Of a stretch of DNA of 64,000 nt, positions 40,491 to 53,832 are shown piece after piece. The DNA lies in NCBI GenBank assembly GCA_951406725.2, contig OX597820.1, forward strand, positions 68,820,001 to 68,884,000, in the 5' to 3' direction. The DNA is from Octopus vulgaris (Eukaryota). The notes under the pieces were generated by a model, which saw nothing but the letters and a program-made list of their open reading frames with translations, made no database searches and was not told the origin of the DNA. The translations under genes were made by a program, and so were the position numbers. Positions within the stretch are counted from its first letter, which is position 1; every line of letters begins with the position of its first letter.

Positions 40491-40994
40491 TTTTCAAAGG
40501 GAAAAGTGAGTTAAGGGTGATTTGACTGTTGTTTCTTGCACATCCAAAGACAACACTCCTCAATTCTTTATCACTCTCGCATATATTAAAGTTTTTCAAT
40601 ATTTACCCCCATAAATATATTTATATGCTATAAAAAAGGAAATTTGAGAAATTATGAACTTTTTGCAACCCACTGCCTGCCCCTCATTGTTTCTGTCTAG
40701 AAATTGGAGATTCTGAGAAAGTCTTTGCTGGCATTTATCCACAGTGATTTAAAAAATTATGGATATATATAATAGCATAGCAAGTGACTTGATCTGAGAT
40801 CGTGTGCTGAAACAAAAACAATTGCAGCGTTGAACGTTTTGGTAAATCATTCGAGAAAACATAAATGCCTTTAGTTTCACTTCAACATTAAAATTTCATT
40901 TATGTCAAAATATTTTTGTCGCTTTGAAACCGCGACCTTTTCATTGACAAATCTTCACAAAAGTGATTCAGCACAAAGTGTTGTCAGTGAAGAG

Positions 40995-41026
<32 letters not shown>

Positions 41027-42991
41027 TGCACTCACATACATACACACATTCAATGTCTTTCATTTGTGTGTATGTGGATCTGTGTGTGCGCGAGTGTGAA
41101 TTGGTGTGTGTGTGTGCGTGTGTGTGTTTTTGTCGCTGTTGAAGTTGTGTTTGGAAACTGTGAATAAGGTGCAAGTTTCGAGTACTTGTCGGTAACTTTT
41201 TGTTTTATTCTTCTCGCCTTATAACAGTAATTATCCAACTTTTTAGGGTCTTCTCACAGCTACCCCGCGTTCAAAAAGTATGCGGGTATTTTAAAAAATT
41301 TCATTGAACAAATATATGTTTTTTACATTACCTATACATTAATAGCGAATTAAAACTTAATAGAGAAAATGAGAGACTTTGCAAATGAAATTGGGATACT
41401 CCACAGTGAATGCAATGAATATTTAAATTTATGATGAATTGAACACAGTGAATATTTAAATTTGTGAGAAATTGGAATTAAAAAGTTCAATAAACTTGAG
41501 AAATAGAAAGTATAGGAAATTTCTTAGAACATAAATTTATAAAAAAAAAAGCATTTCCAGACGGTCAACCCTTTAATCATTGCTTTCTTTTAGTACTTTT
41601 AGTAATTGTTACATAGCTAATTAATAAACAGCTTTCTCCATTATAGTATAGATCATATCATATTATAGGTGTGTATATATATTTAGAAAAGATAGACAGA
41701 CAAAAAAGAAACGGGTAGCTAGATAGGTAGATAAACAGACTATTTCCTTCATATACGAAATGTTTTTTTTTCTGTTCAATATTGCAATGTTCAATCAGAG
41801 ATTGGTTCCGAAATATCAGTTAACACAGTAAGAGCAAGTTTTATGAAAGTTGTCTACGTCACATGTTCAGAAAATGGAAGAGGTAAGATTTGCTGTCATT
41901 TATAGAACTCTAATCAAAACCCCTCGCGCTTCTTCTTCTTCTTCTTCTTCTTCTTCTTCTTCTTCTTCTTCTCCTTCTCCTTCCTCTTCTTCTTCTTCTT
42001 CTTCTTTTCCTCCTCCTCCTCCTCCTCCTTGTACTGCTACTACTACTACTACTACTACTACTACTTTCCTGTCTCTACTACACAAGTAAACAATATGACG
42101 CAATACTTTGGCGTTTGCCCTGAAGAAGGCCGTCATTTTGAAACGCTCGCCACTGTTATAGAGTTTATTAAATACTTACGGAATGCCTTTCCTATATATC
42201 AAAAACTTATTGTCCTCAATTATTAGTAATTACTTGTCAGGCACAATCTGAAGAAAACACATCCTTCATTTGTTTCATTTTCTTCCACCAAACAAAGTTT
42301 GAAACAAAAAGAAATTCGGCCAAAAGCCAATAAAAGTGGTGCTACTAAATGCGTGACGATGAACATAACATGTTGAGCGCACAGATGGTGGTCGAGACAC
42401 TAGAAAGAGAGCCAAAATGTCCTGCTCATTTCTCAGGTGTGCGCGTGCACACACATGCATACACACACACACATGCAGACGCACACACACACACACATAC
42501 ATACTCACCCACGAACACATATAAACTCGCACAGAAATACATGCACATACTGGTATGGTACATGTGCTTCTTTGTGTGCTTTTATATTTGAGGAATATAC
42601 CTGTGAGGACATAATTAACTTATTGATGTATTGTTAGCTATCCTCTTCAAATTTTACCACTATCCACGTTTACGACACATAACAGTAAGTACTAATTAAA
42701 CCAGTTCTAAGGTAATTTCAGCGGGAGATATTCAGAATAGTAATTTACTACGTCAGACTTCGTACATTGGTAAGTTTAACAAAAGATTCTTTCACATATG
42801 TCCTCATATATTCATTACTAAGAGAAATCTTTCTGAAGAATGGTAAATTCAATGAAGATATATATTTAACAAATGGCCCTTAATTAGCTTCGTATAAATG
42901 CAAATAGAACAACGTGATCAGGAGATTAATTAGCTAATAAAATTATAAACTTTATTGCTAAATTTCTTATTGCAAAATTTGTGATAAATTA

Positions 42992-43547
42992 TTGGGTTGT
43001 CCGGAAAGTTCATGCCGATTTTTAAAGGAAAGAAAAAGGTCAATAAATACTTGCCATTACATTTTTAATCAACCAAATATGAACCATTTTCTTACACAAT
43101 GTGTCTCCATCTTTCCTTTAACTTGAAAATACCCTCTTTCTAGAATTGAGGTGGTTTCATGGCAAAGAATTCATCAAGGTATCTTTTTACGTCATCCAAG
43201 GAATTGAAATTTTTACCATTAAGACTATTCTGCAGAGACCTGAATTAGTGGAAATCCGAAGGAACAATATCTGGTGAATATGGAGTGTGGGGTAACACAT
43301 CCCAGCCGAGCTACAGCAATTTTTGACTGGTTCCCAAAACATCAAGTGCCGAAAATGAACTTTCTCATCTTTCATTTTAAAGGGTTACAGAATTAACACG
43401 GGTTATAGGAACATAAATCTTCTTGTACGAAAAGATAGCTTAAAATATGCTCTAAATGAAGGTGTAGTCAAATGGACTCAACCATGTTCTAAAGAAAGTC
43501 GAAATGTAAGCTGCTATAAATCGGCACGAACTTTCCGGACAACCCAA
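42992..43547 (-). mobile_element. internally deleted mariner transposon with both TIRs and TA target duplication
   Basis: TIRs ttgggttgtccggaaagttcatgccgattt (from 42992) and aaatcggcacgaactttccggacaacccaa (to 43547), flanked by TA. Minus strand joins N-terminal MKDEKVHFRHLMFWE to C-terminal LGWDVLPHTPYSPDIVPSDFH*FRSLQNSL...NGSYLVD*. Confidence 0.93.
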
Positions 43548-44587
43548 TATAAACTTCTTGTCTATATTTTATGGGTAAACTTTAGAGCATTGACATGAGA
43601 TATTTGGTCTTGTCTTACTACGTTCTGAGCTCCATTGCAGCTAGTTCAAATCAATTGTTCGTACTTTTCAAAACAACTCAACGTGATCAATGATATTTAA
43701 ATTTAGGTAAATAAGTGAAGAGAAATCTCCTGTATGTCGTACACAACAAATTAGATAACTGTATATATAGCATTAAATTTAAATCGCCATCTGTGTATTA
43801 TATTAAATGTTTACAAACTGTTAGGAAGCATGAAGCTGTGGAATTGTCTGAGGTAAAATCTCTTCATTGACTTGTGTTAAAAAGACAATGTAAATTAGAG
43901 TGAGACGAGCATCGTTTCTGCAGTGACTCGGGAGCTGGACAAGTGCGTTTCGCCATTCTTGTGGCGTCTCAATGCCGTTAATCCGATTGACAGCTGTTTA
44001 GACTAAATCCGAATGTCATTATATAGAAAACTGTTTTGTGGAAGTCTGCTGAGCTGTAGGTAAACTCTCCATGCACAATTGAGACAGCATGACTTTAAAA
44101 TCGCTCTGTATAATACTAAATATTTGAACGGGTTTTGTTTAAGCAGTTGACAAATGAGTGTACAGCATTGAAAAGCTTCAAGAAAGACGAAATGCGTCTG
44201 TCATTCTCATACGTCACTGCAGCGACAATGCTTCTCATACTTTGATATATGCTATGCTTTAAACACAAGTCTATAAAGAGATATTTCACAATAATTCAAC
44301 GTTAGTATGATACGGTTAGTATGATACTCAGATTGAGATATCAAACCATGGTTGTTTATGTCTCTCAAATTCTTTTCCTCTACAACAATCAATACTTTTC
44401 TCAATGAATATATACATTTTTTTTTTGCCTTTGAAAGCTTGGATTTTTGCTTACCTAGTATTTTCTGAGTTGTTAAATATCTGGGGAGCATGTAAGCGAG
44501 CAGGCGACGTTTACTTTTAGGGAGGTCGTTTTATATTTAAATTTTGACAGAATTTGGTGATATCTGAACGTGTTGGTTGACATTAAT

Positions 44588-44820
44588 TCTTTACTCTGTC
44601 ACCACAACTTTCTCCCACTCTTTCTTCCTGTTTCTGTTGTACCAGTATTTCTAAGGGCTAGCCTTGTCACAATCTGTGTCAGGCTGAATCTCCCTGTGAA
44701 CTACGTTAACGGTACACAATGTATGTGGAGTGCTCAGCCACTTGCACATTAATTTCACGAGCAGGTTGTTCCGTTGAACGCATCAACTGGAACCCTCGTC
44801 GTCGTAAACGACGGAGTGCC
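44588..44820 (+). mobile_element. SINE family C, 3' part
   Basis: aagggctagccttgtcacaatctgtgtcaggctgaatctccctgtgaactacg...caactggaaccctcgtcgtcgtaaacgacggagtgcc. Confidence 0.8.
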
Positions 44821-44831
44821 GCTATATATAA

Positions 44832-44904
<73 letters not shown>

Positions 44905-44922
44905 CATACATACATACACGCA

Positions 44923-44970
<48 letters not shown>

Positions 44971-45712
44971 TTAGGTAATAATAATATATAATATTTAAAG
45001 GGATAATTGCTTAAGATTGAGATGAACAAAAATAATACATATTTACTTCAAGCTGGTTCTCATATCTTTTCTACTGTAATGCGTAATTATTTTACATACC
45101 GGTTAAGCTGTAATATGTAATTATAATCATTATATGCTACATACTTTATTTTATTCCATAAATTGGATTTTCGAGAGCGTGTCAAAATTTGATGATGAAA
45201 CTGTATAACGATAAAGTTTGACAATTAAAAACATCTTGAAAAATAGTATATCAATTTTAATAATATAAGAATGACATCAGTGATAATGACTGAGGCGTTT
45301 CACCCCTCGAGGCCTTGTGTTTTTCTCTTTGCAATTAAACCCACCAGATTTATAATAAATAAAAGGATTTAAATCATACATAAAAGAGTTTGAGAACCTA
45401 GCAATGTAAACTGATAGAAGAAACTTTGCTGAATATATGTAAATAAATAATTAAATAGATAAAATATTTAAATGTTTCTATGCAGAATAAAACTGCACAA
45501 CATTTATAGAAGAGTTTTTCTAAGCATATTCGTAATCTTTATTATTATAAGTTATCTCCTTCGATATATATATATATATATATATTTGTTTTGTAAAGTA
45601 TATATTATACAACCCGTATACAACTGATATAATACTTTGTGCCGCTTCGAGGTGTAGTGTGACGTCGTTGTATAATGTTGCTCTGTTGCTGTGCTGCCAC
45701 AGTAGCTATTAC

Positions 45713-45756
45713 TAATGCCACCACCACCACCACCACCACCACCATCACTACTACTG

Positions 45757-45792
<36 letters not shown>

Positions 45793-45813
45793 ATAATAAT
45801 AATAATAATAATG

Positions 45814-45847
<34 letters not shown>

Positions 45848-45849
45848 TG

Positions 45850-45898
<49 letters not shown>

Positions 45899-46000
45899 TA
45901 ATAATAATAATAATGATAATAATAATAATAATGATAATAATAATAATAATAATAATGATAATAATAATAATAATAATAACAATAATAATAATAATAATAA
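45713..46000. repeat. (CCA)n-(CTA)n-(TAA/TGA)n compound microsatellite
   Basis: Directly visible. Confidence 0.97.
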
Positions 46001-46069
46001 CTGCCGTGATGCTAAACCAGACTGTGGTTCTCATGTCTTTTGACTTTATTTAATTGCAAATATTATCAT

Positions 46070-46559
46070 ACATTTTATCTTGGTCTAAAAGATGGACTAC
46101 AACAAATATTCTACTCAATACCACAGAATTACTTGTCAGTTGTTTGACCTTAACCAGTTGGGCATGTCCCTGAGTAGCTGATGATATGTGCATCTCTGAT
46201 CACGAGCAGAAGTAGTGGGAAAGCATCATACCCGTGTGTTGAAAAGAATTCTTCGAGTTTTGAATAATTCACCCCTAGAAACATGGGTGTTCCGTTCAAC
46301 ATACTTAAATAACCCTTATTCAGAAACCTTTTTAGCGAGATGGGCAACTCGACGCGAAGAAAATTATAACTGGGCCCCACCTGGGAGGTCATGCGCTGTT
46401 TATCTTGATACGAAGTTATTATGTCGCGCACATAGGATTGTGAACCACGTACCTGTCTACCCTAAGCAGACGAGTAGTCATAATGGGTATATTCGGCTGC
46501 CTATATTTATAGCCCAGCTCACTTTCATGGTATCTGCTACTCTCTCTCACTCTCTCAAT
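46070..46559 (+). mobile_element. non-autonomous (TAA)n-associated element, family D
   Basis: Reverse complement aligns with 55552-55887 and 53415-53598; followed by (AAC/AAT)n; no credible ORF. Strand assigned by TAA orientation. Confidence 0.7.
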
Positions 46560-46641
46560 ATTAACAACAACAACAACAACCTCAACAACAACAACAACAA
46601 CAACAATAATAATAATAATAATAATGATAATAATAATAATA

Positions 46642-46776
46642 GCTTTACAACACTAAGTACAAAACCAAATATATGGCACACTAGGCATAACACCAACATG
46701 AACTTCCAACTTGTCTCTTGATGTTTCTGGGTGAGACTTGGAGCCAATTTGTACAAATGTAAAGCAAAAGTCAAAC

Positions 46777-46780
<4 letters not shown>
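46642..46780 (+). mobile_element. non-LTR retrotransposon 3' UTR fragment with (TAA)n tail (R4/Dong-like)
   Basis: ...ctgggtgagacttggagccaatttgtacaaatgtaaagcaaaagtcaaacat(aat)n; inverted homolog at 55266-55395; TAA tracts on both sides. Confidence 0.65.
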
Positions 46781-46854
<74 letters not shown>

Positions 46855-46999
46855 CAATAATAATGATAATAATAATAATTCAAATGAAACCCACACAAAT
46901 ACTCCAAACACACTTCGAGATCTAAGACATTATAAGTGCCCTATTCCAGTTACATTTCTCTTGGAGAAAGATTGTTTAGCATCATTCGACCTCGTTTTC

Positions 47000-47400
47000 A
47001 TACCACATTACGTTGTGCATACTTAAAGATTTCTTTCCACCTTCAGCTTCCTCTCGAAGTTGTATTTGGAGACGTCGACGAAAGCATGGTTGGTGTGTAG
47101 TGTTCAGGCATTACTGGTATGTGACATTATGTCAAACAGTTGCTGACATATGTTGAATGGATTCGGATATCGGCCCATCCGTCACCTTTACTTCTCTACC
47201 TTTGCCTTGTGGGTGGTGAAAGATTATGTGTGATAGATGCTGGAAATACAAAATCCAAATACTTTCCCGTATTGCTCAAACACTTCTCAAGTTTCAGTTG
47301 CAAAAAAAAAAAGAAAAGAAAGAGGGAGATCAAAAGAAGGGATCCACTCCTTCCGAAGTTTGGAGATGGTGAGTTTTAAAGCAAATATTGCAGAATCTGC
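47000..47400. pseudogene. decayed Tx1/L1-like ORF2 C-terminal fragments in opposite orientations
   Basis: Minus 47030-47083 reads FVDVSKYNFERKLKVERNL (compare FFKYHLKRKVRVERQVL at 15420-15470); plus 47190-47330 parallels the CLV...KE.VW...TF...FFKF.L.KK stretch. Confidence 0.4.
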
Positions 47401-48115
47401 CAGTCTGTCCGAGAGCCACATTTAGTAGCGGACACCTAGTCTTGGTATTTAGTGTAGTCCTCATCAGTGGTAGTGTGTGAATGCAATAGCAATTTGGAAG
47501 CACGGAGGCTTTGTGAGGGACAATCTGAAAGTAAAGGGTATTGAGACATAAATCTCACAAAGTTTCTTGGGTACTTTTGACTACGCAACAAGATTTGATT
47601 TCCAAAACGGACGACTTCAGATTTTGATGATCCAGGTCATATTTCAATAGAATTTTCGTCCGTTTAGCTGATAATTTTAAAGTATATTGTCTACAATCGA
47701 TCGGTATGCGTTTGTCAGGCAGAAATTTCTAACCAGGCTTTTCAAATTTCTGCATTTCTTTCAAATATGTACAAGCCCAAAATGGTTCAGCCGTTTGGCT
47801 AAGATATAGGTTATATTACCCATATTTTGTAGTAAGCGAAACGTCCCAAACAAAAACTTCCAGATGTCTGAAGAAAGTTAGGCATACTTCTCCGACCGAT
47901 GCATAGACCGTAATTAATTTGAATGTCTTTCTTCGCGCTATTCATGTCTAAGAACTCCCAACTTATCGACAAGTTTAAGGATATTGCCTATGTCTTTGCA
48001 TATGAAGATTTCACAGGCTGCCGGCTAAGCCCGGCTGACCACGTAATGAGATTACGTTTGTGTGCATGTGTGTGCATGTATGTATGCATATATATATATA
48101 TAATATATATATATA

Positions 48116-48150
<35 letters not shown>

Positions 48151-48151
48151 A

Positions 48152-48400
48152 AGCACATGGTCTAGTGGTTAGAGGAGTGGACTTGTGGTCGAGAGATCGC
48201 GGGTTCGAATCCCAGATAGGGTGATATGTGTGACTCTTGCAGAAAGTAAAGCAAACTTCTGCTGACTCTTTCACTACAACATTTTCTCACTGTTTCTTCC
48301 GGCATCTAGTAGCTCACCTGCGAAGGACCGGCGTTTCGTCCAGGTGAAGACCCTATACACCAATGAAACCGGAAAACCGGCCATTATGTGCCAGGCATAC
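48152..48400 (+). mobile_element. tRNA-head SINE copy (His-GTG-like loop)
   Basis: A-box TGGTCTAGTGG, B-box GGTTCGAATCC, but broken acceptor and anticodon stems and a non-tRNA tail. Confidence 0.6.
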
Positions 48401-48449
48401 CTCGAGAAGGAACAAGCAATAACATATATATGTGTGTATATGCGCGCGC

Positions 48450-48483
<34 letters not shown>

Positions 48484-48981
48484 CATATAAATATAGAAGG
48501 ACAAACGCACACACACATATTGAGTACGAAAGTGGGGACAAGAAGAGGGACACAGCACTCAATAACAAACGAAGAATGTTATTTAACGTGAGATTTCATG
48601 AACACATGTCTGTGTACATGAGTGTGTGTGTGTGAATGCGTGAGATTGTGTGTTGTGTGTGTGTGAGTTTGTATGTGTGTGTGTGTGTGTGCGTTTACAC
48701 TGAAAACAAAATTGAATTACTAAAACTTAATGCATTGCTCAAAAACGTAGAGCAGAAGCAGTTGTATGCAAACTTTAAGACCACAGATATATTCATCTAT
48801 ACATACACATGTATGACTATATATATGCATATATATGTATGTACATATGCATATATGTACATCTATGCATATAGAGCTATATACACATATATACATACAT
48901 ATATATATATGTATATATATATACACACAAATATAGATGTATACGTATATGTATATGCATATATATATATATGTACATGTA

Positions 48982-49035
<54 letters not shown>

Positions 49036-49260
49036 TGTACGTATGTATGTATGTATGTATGTATGTATGTATATCATTAGATGAAAATGCTCAATCAATC
49101 TATGGTGAATTATTTATCATGGTAGGTAGAAGCTTATGGCTAAATCAGACAGCGGCGAAGAAGCAAATGCTTTTGTAACCATCTAATGAATAGAACCAAT
49201 TAGACTGCTACGAGATCGTAGAGCACAAAGTTCAAAGATATAGACCACGCGCCGCACCAT

Positions 49261-49350
<90 letters not shown>

Positions 49351-50185
49351 TTACACAGACTCATACAGATACGCAAAAACCAAACACAACAAAACAAAAC
49401 AAAACATTAGAAGGGGTCATTAAACTCTTAAAGATCATTCCCTTCCCTTCTTTTTTTTTTTTTTACTTAATAGTCATAAATATGACCATAGGACATTCAG
49501 AAATATATTGCTCCAATCCTAAATACTTGCTGTTTTTCTAATATTATTTTTGTTTTCCTTGCTCTCTGCGTAATAACAAATAAATTAGAGTTCCTATTTC
49601 CGCTACCCTCTTTTAGTAAATATCGCAGGAAGTTTGAAATACTGTTCATCATTTAACAGATCGATACCGTCTCTCTCTTTGACGACGAAGTTCTCTATTC
49701 TATCATGTATCTTGTGTGTGTATGTTTTGCTACTTTTCCCTTGCTTAACTTATCTGCTTTGCTTCAATTTCAAAATTGGACCTTTTCAAATATGCTACCG
49801 ATACCACCATCCTTATCCAGTTTATTGAACTTATAGTTTAACAATTAAATACATTTTGATAATACAAGGAAATATTTTATTTGCATATAAATTTAAAATT
49901 GTATTTAAAACGTCATTTTTCATCCGTGCGCAAGTATTCGCTGTGTTTGCGCAAGAGACTGCGTTATATTATATACAACATACAATTGGTTTACACTTGA
50001 CAAAAACGAAGGGGAAACTGACCATCAGTATGGTTACTTACCAATATACATATATACATGTCATTATGCGTTAGTAAGAGTATATATAAATCTATCTGTC
50101 TATCTATCTACACACACATACACACACATACACATATATATATGTATAATACATACATATATATATATATGTATATATATATATA

Positions 50186-50222
<37 letters not shown>

Positions 50223-50493
50223 TGTGTTTGTGGGTCTGTGTGCGTGTGCGTGTGTGCAGAAAGGTAGAGAGTAAAAATTTCCATGGCCACATAATTATGA
50301 ATGTTCGCATACCCAGACATACAGATTTATGTGTGTTATATGTGTTTGTGCGTGTGCGTGCGTTTGTTTTAGCATTTATAAATGAGCGTAGATGTCTATG
50401 CACCTCTATACTCATGCGAGTGTGCATGCGTGTATAAATTCATATAATATACATACATACCGATGCTCATTTATAAACACATTTATACACACG

Positions 50494-50524
<31 letters not shown>

Positions 50525-50700
50525 ATAGATATATAGATATATAGATAGATAGATAGATAGATATAGATATATAGATATATGTATATATATATATACATAT
50601 ATATGTATGTGTGTGTGTTTATATGTATATATGTATTAATCAATATACGTATATATGTCTGCATATATATCTATATATTTATATATATATTGTATGTATG

Positions 50701-50760
<60 letters not shown>

Positions 50761-52842
50761 ACACCAAATAGAAGCTGAGTTTAAAGAAAATAACGAAAAT
50801 TATATATACTATCGAGTAACGATATTTAGCGTTTGAAACAGGAGAGATAGAAGTTTATGTTGCGTAACTCAATTTGAGGATATTTTAAAATGTCGCAGAA
50901 GCAATTTTATCTCTAATTTTCTAATTGAGAGTTTTCTTTTGGTAACTCTTGCTTGCAATCATTCCTTCAATCTGAAAATTTTGTCACTCTACCCACGGGC
51001 ACTGGTATGTGACATTGATTGATTCTGATCAAAGGTGATATATCCTCCAGCGATATATATTGCGTCCTTAATAACCTCCACTGGACACACCAATGAATAG
51101 AGACCAATCATGCATATAGACTCGAACATGTAATAAGTAAATATATAAATAAAATAATATATATAAATGAATAAAATAATAATAAATATAAAATGGAAAG
51201 TTAAGGTTTGGAACACTCCAGAATGACAAAGAATACAATATGTTTTCTTGTACTTTTCTTTCTTTCTTTCTTTCTTTTTTTGTATTTCCTTTGCCGTGGA
51301 TTTGCAAGGAAAAATAGATGTAATAATATTTTGCTTTTCTTTTTTAATATTTTTCCGACTTCGTGTTCATCGGTTTTATACAATGACGTGGTCGACCCGC
51401 GGCAATTTTAATATGAAAGACAGCTACAGAAAATGCGTATCTCATTCTTATTTGGTTTGTCCTCTAATCATTAATGTTCAGATACAGAATTTGATTAGTT
51501 TAATTCTACATAGCTTTATATAGGCTTTACATTTTATGTTGTTCATTATTTTGTTTTTAAGTTTTTCGATGATGATGATGATGATGATGATGATGATAAT
51601 GATGATGATATATTCATTTTATGGAAGAATTTAGCAGATTTATCACATAAAGCAGAATAAATGTTTCGTTTTCGATGAAAGTCGAATGCTATCATTTTGC
51701 AAAACTTTATTTTACCTTAAAGTTGGATTTTAAAGTATATTAAAATTATTTTAATCTCTCTTGAGTAAAAGATCTGCAGGAAATGGTACTTTTAGTTCTT
51801 TGAGCGATGGATTAAGAGCGATGTTCTCCTGTTTCTTTATTACACGGAAACATTTCCAAAAGTCTGCAACTATAAAACATTGACTTGGTGATTTCTATTG
51901 CTGAGAGGAATTTAATTCATTTAAGGAGCTTATGTCATGTTTTAAATGGTAGAGAAATAGTAAAATATCTAATAGCTCTGATTTAATAAAGAGTCTAATA
52001 AATTTATGTTGATTAGAAGAAACAGAATTCTGAGAGCGAGGTATATCTTTTGCAGTGTGTTGTAGACGGCGGTGATGGCAAATATCTGTCGTCAAACATT
52101 AAGTTCTATCAACTGGATACTTGCACAACGTTGCTAATTCCCATGGAACTTCAATAAAGATTAAAGTTTGACGAGTAGAAAACACTTACCTTATTTATAG
52201 TAATAGTAAACTGATTTAAAGCGAAAACAGAACCGATTTTACAAAAACAATATTCCCTTGGGGAAATGTTCAAAACGTAAGACATTAACAATTTAGATTT
52301 TATCACAATTTACTAAAAGAAAGAAGAGAGGTCCAAATGAAGTATTTACAGCTAAAACAGTAAAAGTATATTTTCTTTGCGGAGAAATTCATTATTGTAC
52401 ATATGAAAATTTGTGAAAATTTACTACGGCTTGACCAATGATAATACGTGTATTGAATTTTAAATGTCATTTAGTTTATTCTGGAAAATATGTTCATATA
52501 TTTTGGGGATTTATATAAACCGAAAGTATTATGATTATTGAAGAATTAACTCACGTTGTATTTTCACAAGTGTAGCTCTGAGATGTATAGCTTTCAGAAA
52601 TATTGAAAGTATAGAATTATTTCCATTATTTAAGGTGGTATCAATAAAGTTAAGGCATAAATGAGAAAAGGTGCTGCTTGTAACATTTATAATGCTTCAT
52701 ATAGGGGTGAAAGTACCAATTTATTAAATGCAATTAATAAATGCTATAGTAAAACAATTAAAAGTTTGAAATAAAATTTGTAAATATATTTGTGAAACAT
52801 CGTTTAAAATGTATATTTCACTATGGACTATAATTATTATTA

Positions 52843-52921
<79 letters not shown>

Positions 52922-52924
52922 GAA

Positions 52925-53415
52925 GGCGGCGAGCTGGCAGAATCGTTAGCACGCCGTGCGAAACGCTTAGTAGTATTTCGTCTGTCGCTACTTTCTGAGT
53001 TCAAATTCCGCCGAGGTCGACTTTGCCTTTAATCCTTTCGGGGTCGATTAAATAAGTACCAGTTACGCACTGGGGTCAATGTAATCGACTTAATCCGTTT
53101 GTCTGTCCTTGTTTGTCCCCTCTGTGTTTAACCCCTTGTGGGAAGTAAAGAAATAGATATTTTTAGCACGCCAGGAGAAATGCTTAGCGATATTTCGTCT
53201 GCCGTTACGTTCTGAGTTCAAATTACGCCGAGATCGACTTTGCCTTTCATCCTTTCGGGGTTGATAAATTAAGTACCAGTTACGCACTGGGGTCGATGTA
53301 ATCGACTTAATTCGTTTGTCCTCTCTGTGTTTAGCCCCTTGTGGGTAGTAAAGAAATAGGTATTTCGTCTGCCATAACGTTCTGAGTTCATATTCTACCG
53401 AGGCTGGCTTTTCTT
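52925..53415 (+). mobile_element. head-to-tail trimer of SINE family A
   Basis: Full copy 52925-53156, 5'-truncated copy 53163-53359, partial 53359-53415; preceded by (TTA)n at 52832-52921. Confidence 0.92.
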
Positions 53416-53598
53416 CTGATCAGAGACGCATGTATCGTCATCCACTAACGGACATGCTCAACTGAAGGTCAAGCAACTGACAAGAAAATCTGGTATTGCT
53501 GTATCCCATCTTTTACACCAAGACAAACCATACATGTTATCACTTCTAATAAGCTCACAAGCCATGAGATCTAACTACTGGTATTGCACCAGAGCGTT
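53415..53598 (-). mobile_element. family D fragment
   Basis: gatcagagacgcatgtatcgtcatccactaacggacatgctcaactg...caagacaaa matches 55760-55884. Confidence 0.75.
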
Positions 53599-53832
53599 CT
53601 TCTTCTTCTTCTTCTTCTTCTTCTTCTTCTTCTTCTTCTTCTTCTTCTTCTTCTTCTTCTACTTCTTCTTCTTCTTTTTCTTCTTCTTCTTCTTTCTTCT
53701 TTCTCCTCCTCCTCCTCCTCTCTTCTTCTTCTTCTTCTTCTTCTTCTTCTTCTTCTTCTTCTCATCATCATCATCATTATCATCATCATCATTATTATTA
53801 TCATTAATATTATCATTATTATTATTATTATT

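Noticed and set aside
47550-48045. Possible Helitron-like element ending in the gccgg/ccggc hairpin
   Set aside because: Hairpin is present near 48020 but no clear CTRR end or 5' boundary.
48152-48225. Possible tRNA-His gene
   Set aside because: A and B boxes are present but acceptor and anticodon stems do not pair and a SINE-like tail follows.
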